Shown: in pieces, positions 7,801 through 17,433 of the stretch
Numbering within the stretch: the stretch's first letter is position 1
Layout of the letters: the number at the start of each line of letters is the position of its first letter
DNA from: an uncultured Actinomycetes bacterium
GTDB taxonomy: Bacteria; Actinomycetota; Thermoleophilia; Gaiellales; JALYLC01
NCBI GenBank assembly: GCA_963705965.1
Contig: CAVPLI010000001.1
Coordinates: 422,947 to 486,946 of the forward strand
Reading direction: 5' to 3'
DNA: 64,000 nucleotides
Made by a program: the position numbers and the translations under genes
The notes under the pieces: model-generated
The model's input: the letters and a program-made list of their open reading frames with translations, nothing else
What the model was told of the DNA's origin: nothing
The model's database searches: none

Positions 7801-9529
7801 CGCAGCGCAGGCGCAGGCAGCGAGCGCCCAGGCACAGCTCGACGACACCGAGGCGCGTGCCGGTGGCGCGCTGACCGAGATCGCACAGCTGCGCGCGGCG
7901 CTGGAGGAGACCGGCGCCGATCTCGAGCGGTTGCGCGGCGAGAGCGACGCCGCGCACGCTTCGCGGGCCGGGCTCGAGACCCAGATCGCCGCGCTCGACG
8001 ACGAGCGCACGAGGCTGACGGCGGAGCTCGAGAGCGCGGCGCAGGAGAGCGAGCGCATGCGCGGCGAGTTCGAGCAGGAGCTCGCGGCCGCATCCGAGCA
8101 CGTGGCCGAGCTCGAGTCGCGCGACGACCGCGCGTCGCTGCTCGAGCAGGCGGTCGCCGCGCGCGAGGCCGAGCTCGACCGCCGGCGCGAGGCAGAGCGC
8201 CTGCGCAGCGAGGCGTTCGATCGCCTCCAGGAGCAGCTGCGCCAGCGCGAGGTCGACCTGGAGGCTGCGCGCGCTCGCGTGCGCGAGCGCGAGACCGCCC
8301 ACAGCGAGCTACGCGCCGAGCTGGACGGGGCCCGCATCGAGGAGACCGAGGCGCGCGCGCAGAACGCCCGCCTCGAAGCCGCCTGCTCCGAGCTCGAGCG
8401 CACCGTGGCCGAGCTCGGCGAGCGCAGCGAGGCCGACACCGAGAGCCGCGAGCAGGCGCTGAGCGAGCTCGAGGCGAAGCTGGCCGCCCGCGAGACGGAG
8501 CTGGCGGGCGCCGAGGCCGCGCTCGCGACGGCCCGCGAGGCCGCTCAGCGCCGCGCCGACGAGCTGAGCGAACGCGAGGCCGCGATCGAGGAGCTCTCGG
8601 GCCGCGAGACCGAGCTCGCCCAGCGCGAGGCCGAGCTGGCCGAGCGCGAGGCGGGACGGCAGGCCGAGCTGGCGCGCGAGGAGCTGGCGCTCGGTGAGCG
8701 GACGGCCGAGATCGTGAGCCGGTCCGAGGCGATCGAGGAGCGCGATGCCGAGCTCGCTCGCCGCGAGCAGCGGCTGCGCGACGGCCGAGCCGCGCTCGAG
8801 GCGCTGCGCGTCGAGGTCGAGCAGACGCGCGACGCGACGGCCGAAGTCGAGGCCGAGCGGGCCGGGCTGGAGTCGCTCCAGGCCGATCTCGCCGTGCGCG
8901 CGGCGGAGCTGGCCGCGGCCGAGGCGAGCGTGCGCGAGCGCGCAGCCCAGGTGCGCGAGAACGAGGAGCGCTCGCGCGAGCTCGAGGGCCGCGAGGCCGA
9001 GCTGCGCCTGCTCTCCGATTCGGTGCGCCGGCGCGTCGATGAGCTGGCCGAGGCCGAGGATCACCAGGCCGACCGGGAGCGCGCGCTGGAGCGCGACGTG
9101 CGCGAGCTCGACCGCAAGGTCGCGGAGCTGCGCCGCCGCGAGGAGCAGCTGGACGAGATCGAGTCCGACCTCGAGCGCGATCGCGAGCGCCGCGCGCGGC
9201 GGCGCCAGGAGGCGATCCCGAGCGACGCGCCCGAGGACGACCGGGAACGGGCCCGCGGCCGTCTCAGCGTGTTCGACCACCGCCAGGTGGAGCTCGACCG
9301 CCGCGAGCAGGAAGTGCGGCGGCTGGAGGAACGCCTGGGCGGTCTCGAGCGCTCCCTCGCGCGCAAGGAAGCCGATCTCGGCGCCTTCGCCGACCTCCTG
9401 CAGCACTCGCTGGCGCGTATCGAGGAAGCGGCGCCGAGCGACGGGACGATCGATCCGTCGGAGCCGGACCCGACGCAGCGCCTGCGCTTCTGGACGCGCG
9501 ATTCCTCCGCCGGCGGTGGGGCTCCCTGA
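4838..9529 (+). CDS. Giant coiled-coil protein (~1560 aa) with internal tandem repeats
   Basis: E/A/R/L-rich heptad pattern, no Walker A or TM segment; start uncertain (ATC 4838 after AGGGA, or TTG 4994). Confidence 0.85.
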   Translation: MTDENHERILQDRLEQATKAGAGRSLRGALGRVQDEAIEQRILEERQRILQELQVQFDERLKVLEERERAVADLEDADGREGLAEQAATTVQLRDAVDRQERRIEDLERNIESERYRRTVAESVLEDPSLMHNLAIENERLQSELADRERELELIAAQTPGDGTETATAPPEQLSELEGQIAVYEIELLELRARLEDVIDREFADLRESELKQEIERLAAQVAAGGEAGDAEEQLAPLRAELASALAEGEQASGRASELEARVAALESELAEREGVDDSERDARENELREALAETQAQVESLRAAAAKADELADEMEVLRSAGEQLGTDLEDARGSLQEALDAAAQSAGAAARISELEAEAAARGAAEHAAGEELASAREELERLRALEARAGEREAAAQVTEGELASAHEELARLREQAAAAGGAAERLEAAERQRDEARDLLEELERELAAARLRATAADEAEGRVADLEGRIATQAEGAAATAAELERRIAEQSASAAAELTLALEKAEAAETQLAEHQVAASSVTSDLAKAREQADAARALVGSLEGDLATARDELTQLGERAAAAEAAEGRVAELESRIAEQAEQAATAAAELARALEKAEVAETQLEERDAAASSITSDLAKAREQADAARALVGSLESELATARDELAQLGERAAAAGAAELRIEELDGRIAAQTQMAVASAEELALAREQLQAVETQLEERNAAAATADADLANAREQSDTARARAEALESELAALRDRAELAGAAEQRVAALEAQLVERDEEASASAEALAGARDDAHRLEQEAIELRGASEALAAARSELEDVHGQIETLRAELGEAQSRLEASAEAAERSGSLEEELAEVRTALADARVKLDDARTERARVPELEAAIAERSSELEQLRGELAQAAELAAEVERAQRALQAREGDLERAQAALEEREGELERAQTALQEHAGELERAQTALQERAGDLERAQAALAERDGDLDRLTGEIAERESALVAAQAQAASAQAQLDDTEARAGGALTEIAQLRAALEETGADLERLRGESDAAHASRAGLETQIAALDDERTRLTAELESAAQESERMRGEFEQELAAASEHVAELESRDDRASLLEQAVAAREAELDRRREAERLRSEAFDRLQEQLRQREVDLEAARARVRERETAHSELRAELDGARIEETEARAQNARLEAACSELERTVAELGERSEADTESREQALSELEAKLAARETELAGAEAALATAREAAQRRADELSEREAAIEELSGRETELAQREAELAEREAGRQAELAREELALGERTAEIVSRSEAIEERDAELARREQRLRDGRAALEALRVEVEQTRDATAEVEAERAGLESLQADLAVRAAELAAAEASVRERAAQVRENEERSRELEGREAELRLLSDSVRRRVDELAEAEDHQADRERALERDVRELDRKVAELRRREEQLDEIESDLERDRERRARRRQEAIPSDAPEDDRERARGRLSVFDHRQVELDRREQEVRRLEERLGGLERSLARKEADLGAFADLLQHSLARIEEAAPSDGTIDPSEPDPTQRLRFWTRDSSAGGGAP
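6300..7140 (+). repeat. 282-bp (94-aa) intragenic tandem repeat, about 3 copies
   Basis: (S/A)DLA(K/N)AREQ motif starts at 6425, 6707 and 6989. Confidence 0.85.
7544..7753 (+). repeat. 42-bp (14-aa) intragenic tandem repeat, 5 copies
   Basis: VERAQRALQAREGD/LERAQAALEEREGE/LERAQTALQEHAGE/LERAQTALQERAGD/LERAQAALAERDGD. Confidence 0.9.
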
Positions 9530-9571
9530 GCCGTTAGGCGCGGCCGCGAGCCGGTCGGTCCGGCGCGGCAT

Positions 9572-9599
9572 TCAATCTCGCGGCGGGTCGTGCCGATGA
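9572..9599 (+). promoter_or_regulatory. Sigma28-like promoter, probably leaderless transcript
   Basis: TCAA-N16-GCCGATGA, 7 nt before ATG 9607. Confidence 0.55.
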
Positions 9600-9606
9600 G
9601 GGCGGT

Positions 9607-11079
9607 ATGAACGCGCACGTCGAGGCGCCGCGGCGCGAGCACCCCCTGGCACGGCTCACGCGCGCCGTCGAGGGCACGATCCCGAATCCCCTGCTGGCGC
9701 TGCCGCCGCTGCTGCTCGCGCTCGGCCTGCTGTCGATCGCGCCCGCCCGCATCGCCTCCGACACGTGGTTCGGACTGGCCGCGGGCCGTGACATCGTCCG
9801 CGCCGGCCTTCCGCACTCGGATCGGCTGACGGTCTTCACCGGCGGCCAGCCCTGGCAGGACCAGCAGTGGCTCGCGCATCTCACGACGTACGGGCTCTTC
9901 GACCTCGGCGGCCTGCCGCTCGTCTACCTGGTGGACGTCGCGTGCCTGGTCGGCGCCCTGTCGCTCGCAATGCTCGCGGCGCGGCGCCTCGGCGGCTCGC
10001 CGATGTGGATCGCCGCCCTCGCGACTCCGCTGATCCTCATCCAGGTTCCGTCGGCGGCGCGCGCGCAGACCTACGCGATGCCGCTCTTCGTGGCGCTCGT
10101 GTGGCTGCTCGCGCGCGATGCGCGCACCCCGGACCGCAGGATCCTGCTCGTCATCCCGCTGCTCGCGGTGTGGGCGAACGTCCATGGGAGCGTGCTGCTC
10201 GCGTGCGTGCTCGTGCTGCTGCGCTGCGCGGTGGGCGTCGTCCAGGCGCTTCCCGGTCGCGATCTGCGCGCACTCGCGCGACATGCGGGGATCGCGTGCG
10301 TGGCGCTCCTCGCCCCCTTCGCATCGCCGTACGGCTTCGGCCTGCTCGACTACTACCGGGGGACGCTGACGAACGATGCGCTCCGCAGCATCGTCAGCGA
10401 GTGGGGGGCGACGACGCTGCGCGGGTGGTTCGGGCCGCTCTTCTTCGCGTTCACAGTCGTCGCGATCGTGGCGATCCTGCGCCCGGAGATCCGGCTCCGC
10501 CTGTTCGACAGCCTGTGCCTCGCGGCACTCGTGCTCGTCGGCCTCGACGCCCTGCGCAACGTCGTCTGGCTGCCGTACGCCGCCGTGGTGCTGCTGCCGG
10601 CTGCGTTCGCCGCGTGGTCGCCGGAGTCGCCGGCGCGCTCGCGGCTGCAGCCGCTGCTCGTGTGGGCGGCGGTCGCCGGCGCGCTCGGCGTGGGCATGCT
10701 CGCGGGGCGGCTGACGGCTCCGATGCTCGAGGAGCCGTGGCCCGACGCCCAGGGGGCGGCGATCGCGCGCGCGGCCGCGAGCGATCCGTCGCTGCGCGTC
10801 GTCACGGCGGTGGGCTACTCGGATTGGCTCCTCTGGCGCTTCCCCGAGTTGCGCGGCCGGCTCGCGTACGACATCCGCTTCGAGCTGCTCGGGGCGCGCA
10901 AGCTCGAGGACGTGGCCCGGTTCGAGGACGGCGCCGGCCGCACGCGATTCCCCGCCTACCGGCTGACGCTCTGGAACCGCGAGGCCAGCCCCTCGGCCGT
11001 CCGCTCGCTGCTGGCCCAGCCCGGCGTGCGCGTGCTCTCGACGGACGGCACGGTGTACGCGTTCCTCCGGCCTGCGTAG
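9607..11079 (+). CDS. Polytopic membrane protein, GT-C glycosyltransferase-like
   Basis: About 11 TM segments; DTWFGLAAGR, PWQDQQWL, WANVHGS, YDIRFEL motifs. Confidence 0.65.
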   Translation: MNAHVEAPRREHPLARLTRAVEGTIPNPLLALPPLLLALGLLSIAPARIASDTWFGLAAGRDIVRAGLPHSDRLTVFTGGQPWQDQQWLAHLTTYGLFDLGGLPLVYLVDVACLVGALSLAMLAARRLGGSPMWIAALATPLILIQVPSAARAQTYAMPLFVALVWLLARDARTPDRRILLVIPLLAVWANVHGSVLLACVLVLLRCAVGVVQALPGRDLRALARHAGIACVALLAPFASPYGFGLLDYYRGTLTNDALRSIVSEWGATTLRGWFGPLFFAFTVVAIVAILRPEIRLRLFDSLCLAALVLVGLDALRNVVWLPYAAVVLLPAAFAAWSPESPARSRLQPLLVWAAVAGALGVGMLAGRLTAPMLEEPWPDAQGAAIARAAASDPSLRVVTAVGYSDWLLWRFPELRGRLAYDIRFELLGARKLEDVARFEDGAGRTRFPAYRLTLWNREASPSAVRSLLAQPGVRVLSTDGTVYAFLRPA

Positions 11080-11088
11080 GATCCGTCC

Positions 11089-11745
11089 ATGGACGGTGTG
11101 CACGACATGGGCGGGATGCACGGATTCGGCACGGTCGTGCCGGACGGTGAGGTCTTTCACGCCGACTGGGAGCCGCGGCTCTTCGCGCTCACGCGGGTTG
11201 CGCGGCTCGCCGGCATCACGGCCGGCCACTCGCGCGCCGTGATCGAGTCGATGCCGCCCGACGAGTACCTCGCAGCCTCCTACTACGAGCGCTGGCTGTG
11301 GGGACTCGAGCGCCGGCTGGAGCTCGCCGGGTCGATTGCGCCAGGCGATGTCGAGGCCGCGATGGAGCGGCTGGGCGGCGCGCCGCTGCCCGAGCGCGAC
11401 GACCCCGAGCTCGCGCGGCAGAGCGTCGAGGTGCAGCGCGGCGGGGCGTCGATGGACGCTGCCACCGACCCGCGCTTCCGGCCCGGTGACCGCGTGCGCG
11501 TGCGCCGCATGCGGCCCGAGGGCCATACGCGCTGCCCGCGCTACGTCCGCGGGGCGGTCGGCGTGATCGAGCGCGTCCACGGCGACGACCACCTGGCCGA
11601 TGTGCTCGCGCGCGGCGAGGACGCGCCGCTCGAGGCGGTCTACGCGGTGCGGTTCCGCTCCGAGGATCTCTTCGGCCCCAGCGAGGAGCCGCCCTATCGC
11701 GTGCTCGTCGACCTCTCGGAGTCCTATCTCGAGGAGCCCGGCTGA
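11089..11745 (+). CDS. nthB: Nitrile hydratase beta subunit
   Basis: [37 protein letters not shown]. Confidence 0.97.
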   Translation: MDGVHDMGGMHGFGTVVPDGEVFHADWEPRLFALTRVARLAGITAGHSRAVIESMPPDEYLAASYYERWLWGLERRLELAGSIAPGDVEAAMERLGGAPLPERDDPELARQSVEVQRGGASMDAATDPRFRPGDRVRVRRMRPEGHTRCPRYVRGAVGVIERVHGDDHLADVLARGEDAPLEAVYAVRFRSEDLFGPSEEPPYRVLVDLSESYLEEPG

Positions 11746-12374
11746 TGCACGACCACGACCACGACCACGGTCACGACCACGGCCACCACGAGCGGCCGGC
11801 CTCGCAGTCGGAGTTGCGAGCGCGTGCCCTCGAGGCGCTGCTGGTCGAGCGCGGGCTCGTCTCGACCGATGCGATCGACGCCGTCGTCGAGTACTACGAG
11901 AACGACGTCGGGCCGCAGAACGGGGCCCGGGTGATCGCGCACGCGTGGGTCGATCCCGATTACCGCGCGCGCCTGCTCGGCGACGGCAGCGCCGCGATCG
12001 CCGAGCTCGGATACGGCGGCGTCGAGGGCGAGCACATGGTCGTCGTCGAGAACACGCCGGACGTCCACAACGTGATCGTCTGCACGCTCTGCTCCTGCTA
12101 CCCCTGGCCCGTGCTCGGGCTGCCGCCCAGCTGGTACAAGAGCGAGGCGTATCGCGCGCGCGTCGTCGCCGAGCCGCGGCGCGTGCTGGCCGAGTTCGGT
12201 CTCGATCTGGATCCGGACGTCGACCTGCGGGTGTGGGACTCGAGCGCGGAGGTGCGCTACCTCGTCCTGCCGGAGCGCCCGGAGGGCACGGACGGATTGA
12301 GCGAGGAGCAGCTGGCGGGTCTCGTCACGCGTGACTCGATGATCGGCGTCGCGCGCGCCGAGGCGCCTGCGTGA
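11745..12374 (+). CDS. nthA: Nitrile hydratase alpha subunit, cobalt type
   Basis: [22 protein letters not shown] (CTLCSC = Co type); His-rich N-terminus. Confidence 0.97.
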   Translation: MHDHDHDHGHDHGHHERPASQSELRARALEALLVERGLVSTDAIDAVVEYYENDVGPQNGARVIAHAWVDPDYRARLLGDGSAAIAELGYGGVEGEHMVVVENTPDVHNVIVCTLCSCYPWPVLGLPPSWYKSEAYRARVVAEPRRVLAEFGLDLDPDVDLRVWDSSAEVRYLVLPERPEGTDGLSEEQLAGLVTRDSMIGVARAEAPA

Positions 12375-12649
12375 GCACGTCGCTGGCCGAGGTCGACGCG
12401 CAGCTGAGCGGCTACGCACCGCTCCCGCGGGCCAACGGCGAGCTCGTCTTCGACGAGGTCTGGCACGGCCGCGCGCTCGGCATGGGCGTCGTCCTGCTCG
12501 AGCACCTGGGACTGCCGTGGAGCGCCTTCCGCGACCACCTGGTCGCGGCCATCGAGCGCCACGGCCACCCCGAGGACGAATCCGACGCCGAGGCGTACTA
12601 CACGGCGTTCCTGGACGCCATCGAATCCCTGGTGGCCGACCAGCGCTGA
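12371..12649 (+). CDS. Nitrile hydratase accessory/activator protein
   Basis: [14 protein letters not shown]...[12 protein letters not shown]...[14 protein letters not shown] overlap with nthA. Confidence 0.88.
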   Translation: MSTSLAEVDAQLSGYAPLPRANGELVFDEVWHGRALGMGVVLLEHLGLPWSAFRDHLVAAIERHGHPEDESDAEAYYTAFLDAIESLVADQR

Positions 12650-12651
12650 TT

Positions 12652-12717
12652 TCGCACGTTTGGGGCCAGACCCCAAACGTGCGACTGCTCAAATGGGGCC
12701 TGGCCCCATTTGAGCAG
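12652..12717. repeat. Two abutting REP-like palindromes
   Basis: TCGCACGTTTGGGG-CCAGA-CCCCAAACGTGCGA followed by CTGCTCAAATGGGG-CCTGG-CCCCATTTGAGCAG. Confidence 0.75.
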
Positions 12718-12765
12718 CGCAACCGGGTGGCGCGCGGGGCCTCTCCGACCTGTGAGCATGCGCCG

Positions 12766-13599
12766 ATGCTCGGGGTGGTGCTAGCGCTCTCCGCGTCGCT
12801 GATGTGGGGGTTCGCCGACTATCTCGGCGGCCTCCAGACGCGCACCCGGCAGGTGCTCGCGGTCGTCGTGATCTCTCAGGCCTCGGGCCTCGCCCTGCTC
12901 ACGGTCGTGGTCGCGGGGCGCGGCGTCGGCTGGCCCGGGGCCGAGGCGATGCTGCCCGCTGCGGTCGCGGGCGTGATCGGTGCGGCCTGCATCGTGATCT
13001 TCTACCTGGCGCTCTCGTACGGACCCGTCTCGATCGTCGCGCCGGTGCTCGCCTCCAGCGCGTGCATCCCGGTCGTCTACGGCCTGATCCAGGGCGAACG
13101 GCCGTCGGCGCTGCAGCTCGCGGGGCTCGTGGCGACGCTGGCCGGCGTCATCCTCGTGTCGTGGACGGACGGCGGCGACCACGCGCGCGGACGCCGCGGA
13201 ATCGCGTTCGCGGTGCTCGCGGCAGTGCTCCTGGGCACCCTGCTCGTGATCTTCGCGCGCGCCTCCGAGGAGGATCCGTACTGGGCGCCGCTCGTGCTGC
13301 GCATCTTCTCGATGGGGACGATCCTCACCGTGGTGCTGGTGCGGCGCGTGAACGTGCGCGTCGACCGCCGCGCCATCTGGGTGATCGCGCTGATCGGCAT
13401 GCTCGACGTCTCCGCGAACCTCGCCTACTCGGTCTCGACGACGCTGCAGCTGCTCTCGATCACGGTCGTGCTGAGCTCGCTCTTCCCGGTCGTCACCGTC
13501 GCGCTCGCACGGATCCACCTCGGCGAGCGCGTCACGCGGGTGCAGGAGAGCGGCGCCGTGCTGACGATGCTGGGCGTGCTCGCCGTCGCCGCCGGCTAG
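12766..13599 (+). CDS. DMT/EamA family transporter
   Basis: About 10 [37 protein letters not shown]. Confidence 0.88.
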   Translation: MLGVVLALSASLMWGFADYLGGLQTRTRQVLAVVVISQASGLALLTVVVAGRGVGWPGAEAMLPAAVAGVIGAACIVIFYLALSYGPVSIVAPVLASSACIPVVYGLIQGERPSALQLAGLVATLAGVILVSWTDGGDHARGRRGIAFAVLAAVLLGTLLVIFARASEEDPYWAPLVLRIFSMGTILTVVLVRRVNVRVDRRAIWVIALIGMLDVSANLAYSVSTTLQLLSITVVLSSLFPVVTVALARIHLGERVTRVQESGAVLTMLGVLAVAAG

Positions 13600-15128
13600 C
13601 CGCTGCGCGCCTCGTGCAGGAGCCGCACGGTGGCGATCGTGTCCGACTCGCCGACACGCTTGTCGGGGCGGTAGCGGATGACGCGCGCGAAGCGCAGCGC
13701 CATGCCGCCGGGGTAGCGCGAGCTCGTCTGGATGCCGTCGAACGCGATCTCGACCACCAGCTCGGGATGGACGTAGACGGTCGAGGCGGTTCGCCTGGCC
13801 TCGAGCTCCTGCAGGCGCGTCGTCTGCCACTGGAGCAGCTCGTCGGTCAGCCCCTTGAACGTCTTGCCGAGCATCACGAAGCCGTTCGTCTCGGGATCGC
13901 GCGCCCCGAGGTGGAGGTTCGAGAGCAGGCCCTGCCGCCGCCCGTGGCCCCATTCGGCCGCGAGCACGACGAGGTCGAGCGTGTGCACGGGCTTGACCTT
14001 GAGCCAGCCGGCGCCGCGGCGGCCGGCCTCGTAAGGAGCCGAGAGCGCCTTCACGACGACGCCCTCGTGGCCGCGCGCGAGCGCTCCGGCGGAGAACTCC
14101 CCGGCCTCCGCGGCGTCCGCCGTCACGATGCGCGGCACCCATGCGCCGGCCGGCATGACCGGCTCGATCGCGGCCAGCCGCTCGTTTCCGGGCAGGTCGA
14201 GGAGATCGCGGCCGTCCAGGTGCAGGACATCGAAGAAGAACGGCGTGAGCGGCACCGTCTCGCGCAGGGCCTCGGGGTTCCCGCGGCTGGCGGCGCGGCT
14301 CGCGGTCTCCTGGAACGGCCGCGGCCGCCCGTCGGGCCGCAGCGCGATCGCCTCGCCGTCGAGGATCACGGTTCGCAGCGGCAGCGCGCGCACCGCCTCG
14401 ACGATCTCGGGCATCCGCTCGGTCACGGGATCGAGCGTGCGCGTGAACACGGCGATGTCGTCGCCGTCGCGGTGCACCTGGATGCGGACGCCGTCGAGCT
14501 TCCACTCGATCGCAGCCTCTCCGGTGACCTCGAGCGCGGCCTCGAGCGACGGCGCGGTCTTGGCGAGCATCGGCTGAACGGGGCGCCCGACCTGCAGGTG
14601 GAACGCGTCCAGGCCGTCCGCACCGGACGCGAGCGCGGCCTCGGCGACCGCCGGGAGGTCGCCGGCGAGCATGGCCGCGCGGCGCACGGCGGGTGCATCG
14701 ACCCCGGCAGCGGCGGCGACCGCATCGGTCACGATTCCCGCCAGCGCGCCCTGCCGCAGCTCGCCACCGGCGAGCATGGCGAGGAAGCGCCCCTCCTCGG
14801 CCGTCGCGCGCGCGAAGAGCGCCGCGAGCGCCTCGCGCCGCACGGCGGCCGAGCCGGCTCCGCCCGCCGCCTCGATCGTCGCGAACGCGCTGTCGACCTC
14901 GGCGACCTCGAGCGACGGCGCGGCGGCCGGCGGGGGCAGATCCCGCAGCGCGGCCCAGCCGACGCCGGTGCGGCGTTGTCGCAGCTCGCCCGAGAGGTAG
15001 CTGACGACGATCGCGACCTCGCCCGGCTCCGCGCGGCGCAGGCAGTCCGCGAGCGCGGCGATCTTGGCGAGCCGCGAGCGGGTCGCCGCGACGGCGGCGG
15101 AGGTGGCGACGAGGTCGGCGAGCAGCAC
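13596..15128 (-). CDS. ligB: ATP-dependent DNA ligase (LigB type)
   Basis: EWKLDG adenylation motif, EGVVVK, WLKVK, LRFARV. Confidence 0.93.
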   Translation of the reverse strand: MLLADLVATSAAVAATRSRLAKIAALADCLRRAEPGEVAIVVSYLSGELRQRRTGVGWAALRDLPPPAAAPSLEVAEVDSAFATIEAAGGAGSAAVRREALAALFARATAEEGRFLAMLAGGELRQGALAGIVTDAVAAAAGVDAPAVRRAAMLAGDLPAVAEAALASGADGLDAFHLQVGRPVQPMLAKTAPSLEAALEVTGEAAIEWKLDGVRIQVHRDGDDIAVFTRTLDPVTERMPEIVEAVRALPLRTVILDGEAIALRPDGRPRPFQETASRAASRGNPEALRETVPLTPFFFDVLHLDGRDLLDLPGNERLAAIEPVMPAGAWVPRIVTADAAEAGEFSAGALARGHEGVVVKALSAPYEAGRRGAGWLKVKPVHTLDLVVLAAEWGHGRRQGLLSNLHLGARDPETNGFVMLGKTFKGLTDELLQWQTTRLQELEARRTASTVYVHPELVVEIAFDGIQTSSRYPGGMALRFARVIRYRPDKRVGESDTIATVRLLHEARSG

Positions 15129-15163
15129 GTGCGCATTCTCGCGCGGGCGCTCGTCCGAGGCGG

Positions 15164-15466
15164 CTAATCGCTCGCCAGCTGCGACACGAGATGCGTGATC
15201 TTCACGTGTCGCGCGGGATCGTCGCCGCAGTACTGGTTCGTCCGCCAGAGCAGCTCGTTGGAGGCCATCACCGCGGCGAGCTGCGGCGTCCGCGCGGTCT
15301 CGATCCGGGCCGTCATCGTCAGGCTGCGCGTATTCGGATCCAGCACCACGTCCGGCTCGCGGAGCACCTGCGAGCGTTGCAGCGAGTCGAGCACCTGCGC
15401 CACGAGACGCGGGGCGCGCAGGGACGCATCAAGGCTGCTGGTGCGGCATTCCACGAGATAGGCCAC
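15164..15466 (-). CDS. Hypothetical protein (~100 aa)
   Basis: Fills the gap between the XRE gene and ligB; GTG 15466 start uncertain. Confidence 0.5.
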   Translation of the reverse strand: MAYLVECRTSSLDASLRAPRLVAQVLDSLQRSQVLREPDVVLDPNTRSLTMTARIETARTPQLAAVMASNELLWRTNQYCGDDPARHVKITHLVSQLASD

Positions 15467-15537
15467 ACCGGGATGTACGCCGCCGGCGGGAATGCGAAAC
15501 GCTCCGCGTGGCTCTGAGCGGAGCACCTCGCAGCAGC

Positions 15538-15921
15538 TCAGCCGTCGACTCGCGCGCGCTCCAGGCCTCCGAGAAAACGTCCGAGCCCGGCGCGGCGGCC
15601 CGCCAACTCGTCGAGCGACATGTGGTACACGGCGGCCACGTCGACCGCCTCCTCGAGGCGGATTCCGCCGGTGCGCTCCCAGCGCTCGAGCGTCGCCAGG
15701 GAGATCGAGACGCCGCGCGCGCGCAGCAGCTCGATCACTTCCTGCTCGTCGAGCCCGGCCCGCGCGCGTGCGCTGCGCAGGGCTGCGCTGATGCGGTCGT
15801 GCGCCGCGGCCCGTGCGATCAACGTCAGCGTGCCCGCGCGCGCCGGCTCCCGCCGCACGGACTCGCTCCCCTGAGCCGCCCCCTCGGGCGCGGCATCCTC
15901 GTAATTCGGCATCCGCATCAT
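15538..15921 (-). CDS. XRE/Cro-C1 family HTH regulator
   Basis: LRSARARAGL...ISLATLERWERTG...SLDELAG. Confidence 0.8.
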   Translation of the reverse strand: MMRMPNYEDAAPEGAAQGSESVRREPARAGTLTLIARAAAHDRISAALRSARARAGLDEQEVIELLRARGVSISLATLERWERTGGIRLEEAVDVAAVYHMSLDELAGRRAGLGRFLGGLERARVDG

Positions 15922-15995
15922 CTGCGGCCCCCTTCAGTCGTGTGGAAGGTATCCCCGTCCCACACACCCCCGAAGTCCCTCCATCGGGGGAATTC

Positions 15996-17429
15996 TCAGG
16001 CGTCTGCGGACGCGCCCGGCATCGGGACGCCGAGCGCCGCCTGCAGCTGGATGCCGAAATCCAGCAGGTCCCACTCGCCCGCCGGCGCTCCGATCAGCGA
16101 GACGCCGACCGGCAGGCCGCTGCGCGCACCGACTCCCGCCGGCAGTGCGGCGACCGGGAAGCCCGTCCAGTCCCAGTAGTGCGTGAGCGAGATCAGCGCG
16201 CGGTCGCTGCCGGCGCGGTCGTAGCCGTCGCCGCGCAGGGGTGCGACGCACGGCACCGTCGGCTCGATCAGGGCCGAGATCCGGTAGTCCGCGAGCCACC
16301 ACGCGAGGGCAGCGGTCGTCTCGCGGCGGCGCGTCTGCGCCGCGAGATAGCGCTCGGCCGAGACGGCGCGCGCCTCCGCCTGCTCGACCCATTCGCGCAG
16401 CGACGGCCGGTAGCGCTCGCGGCCGCCGTCGAAGCGGCGGTGGTACGTCAGCAACTCGGCGTAGAGGACGTCGAGGAAGTCGTCGCCGACGTCGAGCGGG
16501 ACGCCCGGCGCGGGCGGTGCGACGACGCGGGCTCCCAGCGCCGTGCACTGCGCGATCGCGGCGTCGAGGCCGTCGGCGACGTCGGCGTCGAGGGCAGCGC
16601 GGTCGATGCGGGGCGAGAGCGCGAGGCGCACGCCGGCCAGAGGCGCGGCCCCCGTGCGCGGCGCCGGCAACGTGGTGGGCGGCGCGGCTGCGAGCGCGCT
16701 GCCGGGACGGCCGGGATCCGGCCCCGCCATCGCGGCCAGGAGCGGCGCGCAATCCTCCAGCGTGCGCGCCATCGGGCCTGCGTGGTCGAGGCTCGTGGCG
16801 AGCGGCACGACACCGCGCATCGACACGAGCCCGCGCGTCGGCTTGATCGCCGAGGTGCCGCACAGTGCCGACGGGATCCGCAGCGAGCCGGCCGTGTCCG
16901 TCCCGGTGGCCGCGGGCACCATGCGCGCGGCGAGCGCCGCGGCCGAGCCACCGCTCGATCCTCCCGGAGAGCGGTCGAGCGCCCACGGATTGCCGACCTG
17001 GTCGGTCGTCCCGCCGACCGCGAACTCGTGCGTGTGGACGTGGCCGAGCAGGATCATCCCCTGGGCGCGCAGCCGGCTCCAGACGTCGCAGTCCGCGAGC
17101 GGCCGCTCGTCGAGCAGGCTGCTCGACGCGGTCAGCGGCTCGCCCGCGACGCCGTAGAGATCCTTGAGGCCGATCGGTATCCCGCACAACTGCGGCAGCG
17201 GCCCGTCGGCGAGCGCGCGCGCGTCGTCGACGTGCGCCGCGGCCGCGAGCGCTTCCTCCTCGTAGACGCGAATCCAGGCGTTCACGGACGCGCCGTCACC
17301 CTCGTGGCTGTGCGTCCCGTCGCGCTCGCGGATGCGCGCGAGGCAGGCGCGCGTGAGCTCCGAGGCCGAGAGCCGCCGCTCCGCGATCAGCGCGGCGGCC
17401 TCGACGACACCCAGATCGGCGGCGTCCAT
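15996..17429 (-). CDS. Amidase (amidase signature family)
   Basis: GLKDL, GGSSGGS, GTDTAGSLRIPS. Confidence 0.93.
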   Translation of the reverse strand: MDAADLGVVEAAALIAERRLSASELTRACLARIRERDGTHSHEGDGASVNAWIRVYEEEALAAAAHVDDARALADGPLPQLCGIPIGLKDLYGVAGEPLTASSSLLDERPLADCDVWSRLRAQGMILLGHVHTHEFAVGGTTDQVGNPWALDRSPGGSSGGSAAALAARMVPAATGTDTAGSLRIPSALCGTSAIKPTRGLVSMRGVVPLATSLDHAGPMARTLEDCAPLLAAMAGPDPGRPGSALAAAPPTTLPAPRTGAAPLAGVRLALSPRIDRAALDADVADGLDAAIAQCTALGARVVAPPAPGVPLDVGDDFLDVLYAELLTYHRRFDGGRERYRPSLREWVEQAEARAVSAERYLAAQTRRRETTAALAWWLADYRISALIEPTVPCVAPLRGDGYDRAGSDRALISLTHYWDWTGFPVAALPAGVGARSGLPVGVSLIGAPAGEWDLLDFGIQLQAALGVPMPGASADA

Positions 17430-17433
17430 CGCG

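Noticed and set aside
4787..8439. 1171-aa and 1017-aa antisense ORFs
   Set aside because: Shadow frames of the GC-rich repetitive coiled-coil gene; the same applies to the many Arg/Pro-rich ORFs elsewhere
4838..9529. SMC or phage tape-measure call
   Set aside because: No Walker A/B, signature or hinge motifs, and no phage genes nearby
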